Below, in pieces: positions 35,841 to 37,801 of a stretch of DNA of 37,801 bases (positions are counted from its first letter, which is position 1; every line of letters begins with the position of its first letter). The DNA lies in assembly GCA_003194495.1 (NCBI GenBank), contig PQXE01000014.1, positions 1-37,801 on the forward strand, given 5' to 3'. This DNA is from Deltaproteobacteria bacterium (GTDB taxonomy: Bacteria > Desulfobacterota > Dissulfuribacteria > Dissulfuribacterales > UBA3076). The notes beneath the pieces are model-generated. The model searched no databases, was not told where the DNA came from, and worked only from the letters and a program-made list of their open reading frames with translations. Both the position numbers and the translations under genes were made by a program.

Positions 35841-37562
35841 ATGTCACGGATGCATAAGAGTTATTTTCAGCGGGGAGGGACAGTCCCGCTGCTGGGTGCA
35901 ACAATCCCTGAACATTTCGCAAGCGTGGCTGAACGTTTCCCTGCGCACGAAGCGGCCGTCTTTCTCGCGCAAGGGCAACGCCTGACCTATGCCGCCCTTG
36001 CGAAATTAATCGATCATCTTGCCTGTGGACTGCTAGGCATGGGATTTGGCAAAGGTGACCGCATCGGCGTCTGGTCTACTGATAATGTGGAATGGCTGAT
36101 GCTCCAAATGGCCACGGCCCGTGTCGGGGCCATCCTGGTCAACATCAATCCTGCCTACCAGCGCAAGGAGCTTGCCTATGCCATGCAACGATCCGAGGTC
36201 CAGGGCCTGTTCGCCATCCCTGCCTTCCGCACCAGCGACTACGTGGCCATGCTGGCAGAACTGATACCGGAACTCAAAGAGCCTTCCGGGGTTGAGCTGA
36301 AAAGCAAGGAGTTCCCGTTCCTGCGGTTGGTGGTCCTGTACGACCCCGCCAAGCCAGCCAAGACCCTTCGACCCTACCCAGGCTTTACCACTTGGCCTGA
36401 AGTCCTGGACCCTGCTAACAGCATTTCCAGGGAAAAGCTCGACGAGATCACCGCTTTGCTGGATATGGACGACCCGATTAACATCCAGTACACTTCGGGC
36501 ACCACGGGATATCCCAAGGCCGTGGTGCTCTCCCATCACAACATCCTCAACAATGCGTTTTTCGCCGCCCAGGCCATGGGCTTCACAGAGCAGGACCGCC
36601 TGTGCGTCCCAGTCCCTTTTTACCACTGTTTCGGCATGGTGCTGGCCAACCTGCTATGCCTGTCGGTCGGGGCCTGCATCGTGGTCCCGTCCGAGCACTT
36701 TGATCCCCTGGCGGTGTTGCGGACAATCGAAGCTGAAAAATGCACTGCTATTCACGGTGTCCCCACTATGTTTATTGCCGAAATGGAACAACCGCAGTTC
36801 AAGGAATTTGATCTGTCGAGCCTGCGCACAGGCATCATGGCCGGCGCCCCCTGTCCGCCTACCCTCATGAAGCGGGTGATGGAGGACATGCAGTGCCCTG
36901 AGATCCTTATTGGCTACGGTGAGACAGAGGCGTCCCCGATTACCCACCTGACATCACGGGACGATAGCATGGAGCGCCGGATCGAGACCGTGGGAAAGAA
37001 CCTTCCCCACCAGGAAGTAAAGGTGGTCGATCTCCATAGCGGGCAGACCGTGCCCCTGGGACAAACAGGTGAGGTCTGCTTCAGGGGTTATCACATCATG
37101 AAGGGCTATTACAGGGACCAAGAGGCCACCAACAAGGCCGTAGACGAGAACGGCTGGCTCCATTCCGGAGACCTGGGGTCAATGGACACTGATGGCTATG
37201 TGCGGATCACAGGCCGGCTCAAGGAAATAATCATCCGCGCTGGCGAGAATATCTATCCCAGGGAGATCGAGGACTTGATCTTTACCCACCCCAAGGTGGC
37301 CAGGGTGGCGGTATTTGGTGTGCCGGATGATTATTATGGCGAGCAAGTCATGGCCTGGATCGAGCTTCATGCCTGGGAGACCGGGACAGAGCAGGAGATC
37401 CGGGATTTCTGCAAAGGACAAATCGCCCACTTTAAGATCCCGAAACACATCTGGTTCGTGGAAGAATTCCCAATGACCGTCACCGGCAAGGTACAGAAGT
37501 TCCGTATGCGGGAGATAGCAATCAAAAAGATGCGAGAAGAAAAGGGACCGCTTGCCGCATGA
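35841..37562 (+). CDS. AMP-forming acyl-CoA synthetase (ACSF2-like)
   Basis: NIQYTSGTTGYPK, YHCFG, YGETE, HSGDLG, GRLKE.IIR.GENIYPREIE, TGKVQK; AAGGAG RBS. Confidence 0.92.
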   Translation: MSRMHKSYFQRGGTVPLLGATIPEHFASVAERFPAHEAAVFLAQGQRLTYAALAKLIDHLACGLLGMGFGKGDRIGVWSTDNVEWLMLQMATARVGAILVNINPAYQRKELAYAMQRSEVQGLFAIPAFRTSDYVAMLAELIPELKEPSGVELKSKEFPFLRLVVLYDPAKPAKTLRPYPGFTTWPEVLDPANSISREKLDEITALLDMDDPINIQYTSGTTGYPKAVVLSHHNILNNAFFAAQAMGFTEQDRLCVPVPFYHCFGMVLANLLCLSVGACIVVPSEHFDPLAVLRTIEAEKCTAIHGVPTMFIAEMEQPQFKEFDLSSLRTGIMAGAPCPPTLMKRVMEDMQCPEILIGYGETEASPITHLTSRDDSMERRIETVGKNLPHQEVKVVDLHSGQTVPLGQTGEVCFRGYHIMKGYYRDQEATNKAVDENGWLHSGDLGSMDTDGYVRITGRLKEIIIRAGENIYPREIEDLIFTHPKVARVAVFGVPDDYYGEQVMAWIELHAWETGTEQEIRDFCKGQIAHFKIPKHIWFVEEFPMTVTGKVQKFRMREIAIKKMREEKGPLAA

Positions 37563-37675
37563 AACTAGCTATTTGACCTTCTCTTTAACTCTTCTCCTCA
37601 GTTTTGGTGATTTCCTTTATCGCCTCCGTGGTCATAGGGCTTGCGAAGAAATGTTGAATCCCATAATACTCAGTC

Positions 37676-37801
37676 GAGCCTCTTGCAAAACTCAGAGAAT
37701 AGAATGTTTTTTTGGCTTTTGAGAAAGCAAAAAAAATAGAATAAATTTTTAAAATGATACCATCAAATTGTATTTTATGGAAGTGTCAATGAATAATTTT
37801 T
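37676..37801 (+). mobile_element. Possible left end of an IS5-family element (truncated by the window)
   Basis: GAGCCTCTTGCAAAAC resembles IS5-type TIRs; sequence turns AT-rich; ATG at 37789 (MNNF...). No partner TIR visible. Confidence 0.3.

Overview
Bacterial chromosomal window; gene content and order (ntrYX, ricT-metG, selB, MetF-MetV fusion) suggest an anaerobic Desulfobacterota-type organism, which is an inference. The housekeeping backbone is ntrX-ntrY-DUF4390-mltA-mdh, a PRTase, a GAF kinase, cysS, an NYN+cold-shock protein, ricT, metG, selB, a MetF-MetV fusion and an AlaT-type aminotransferase. A GC-richer operon follows, encoding a Leu/Phe-type amino-acid dehydrogenase, a 2-oxoacid:ferredoxin oxidoreductase and an AMP-forming acyl-CoA synthetase. 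Two accessory zones are largely invisible in the ORF track. (1) 1-3 kb is a three-tier nest: a RIT-type tyrosine-recombinase element sits inside domain V of a group II intron, which sits 11 bp inside the terminal repeat of a ~145-bp MITE. A mazEF-type TA pair, a dead IS1 and an intact second MITE copy follow. (2) 16.5-24.5 kb, between ricT and metG, holds a RAYT-like remnant, a phd/relE pair with a deletion-inactivated toxin, a three-cassette integron array with attC sites but no integrase, and a 1500-aa lipoprotein of ~17 Ig-like domains. Short tandem repeats have invaded selB and the metF-like gene in frame. All calls come from motif reading by eye; no database searches were run.
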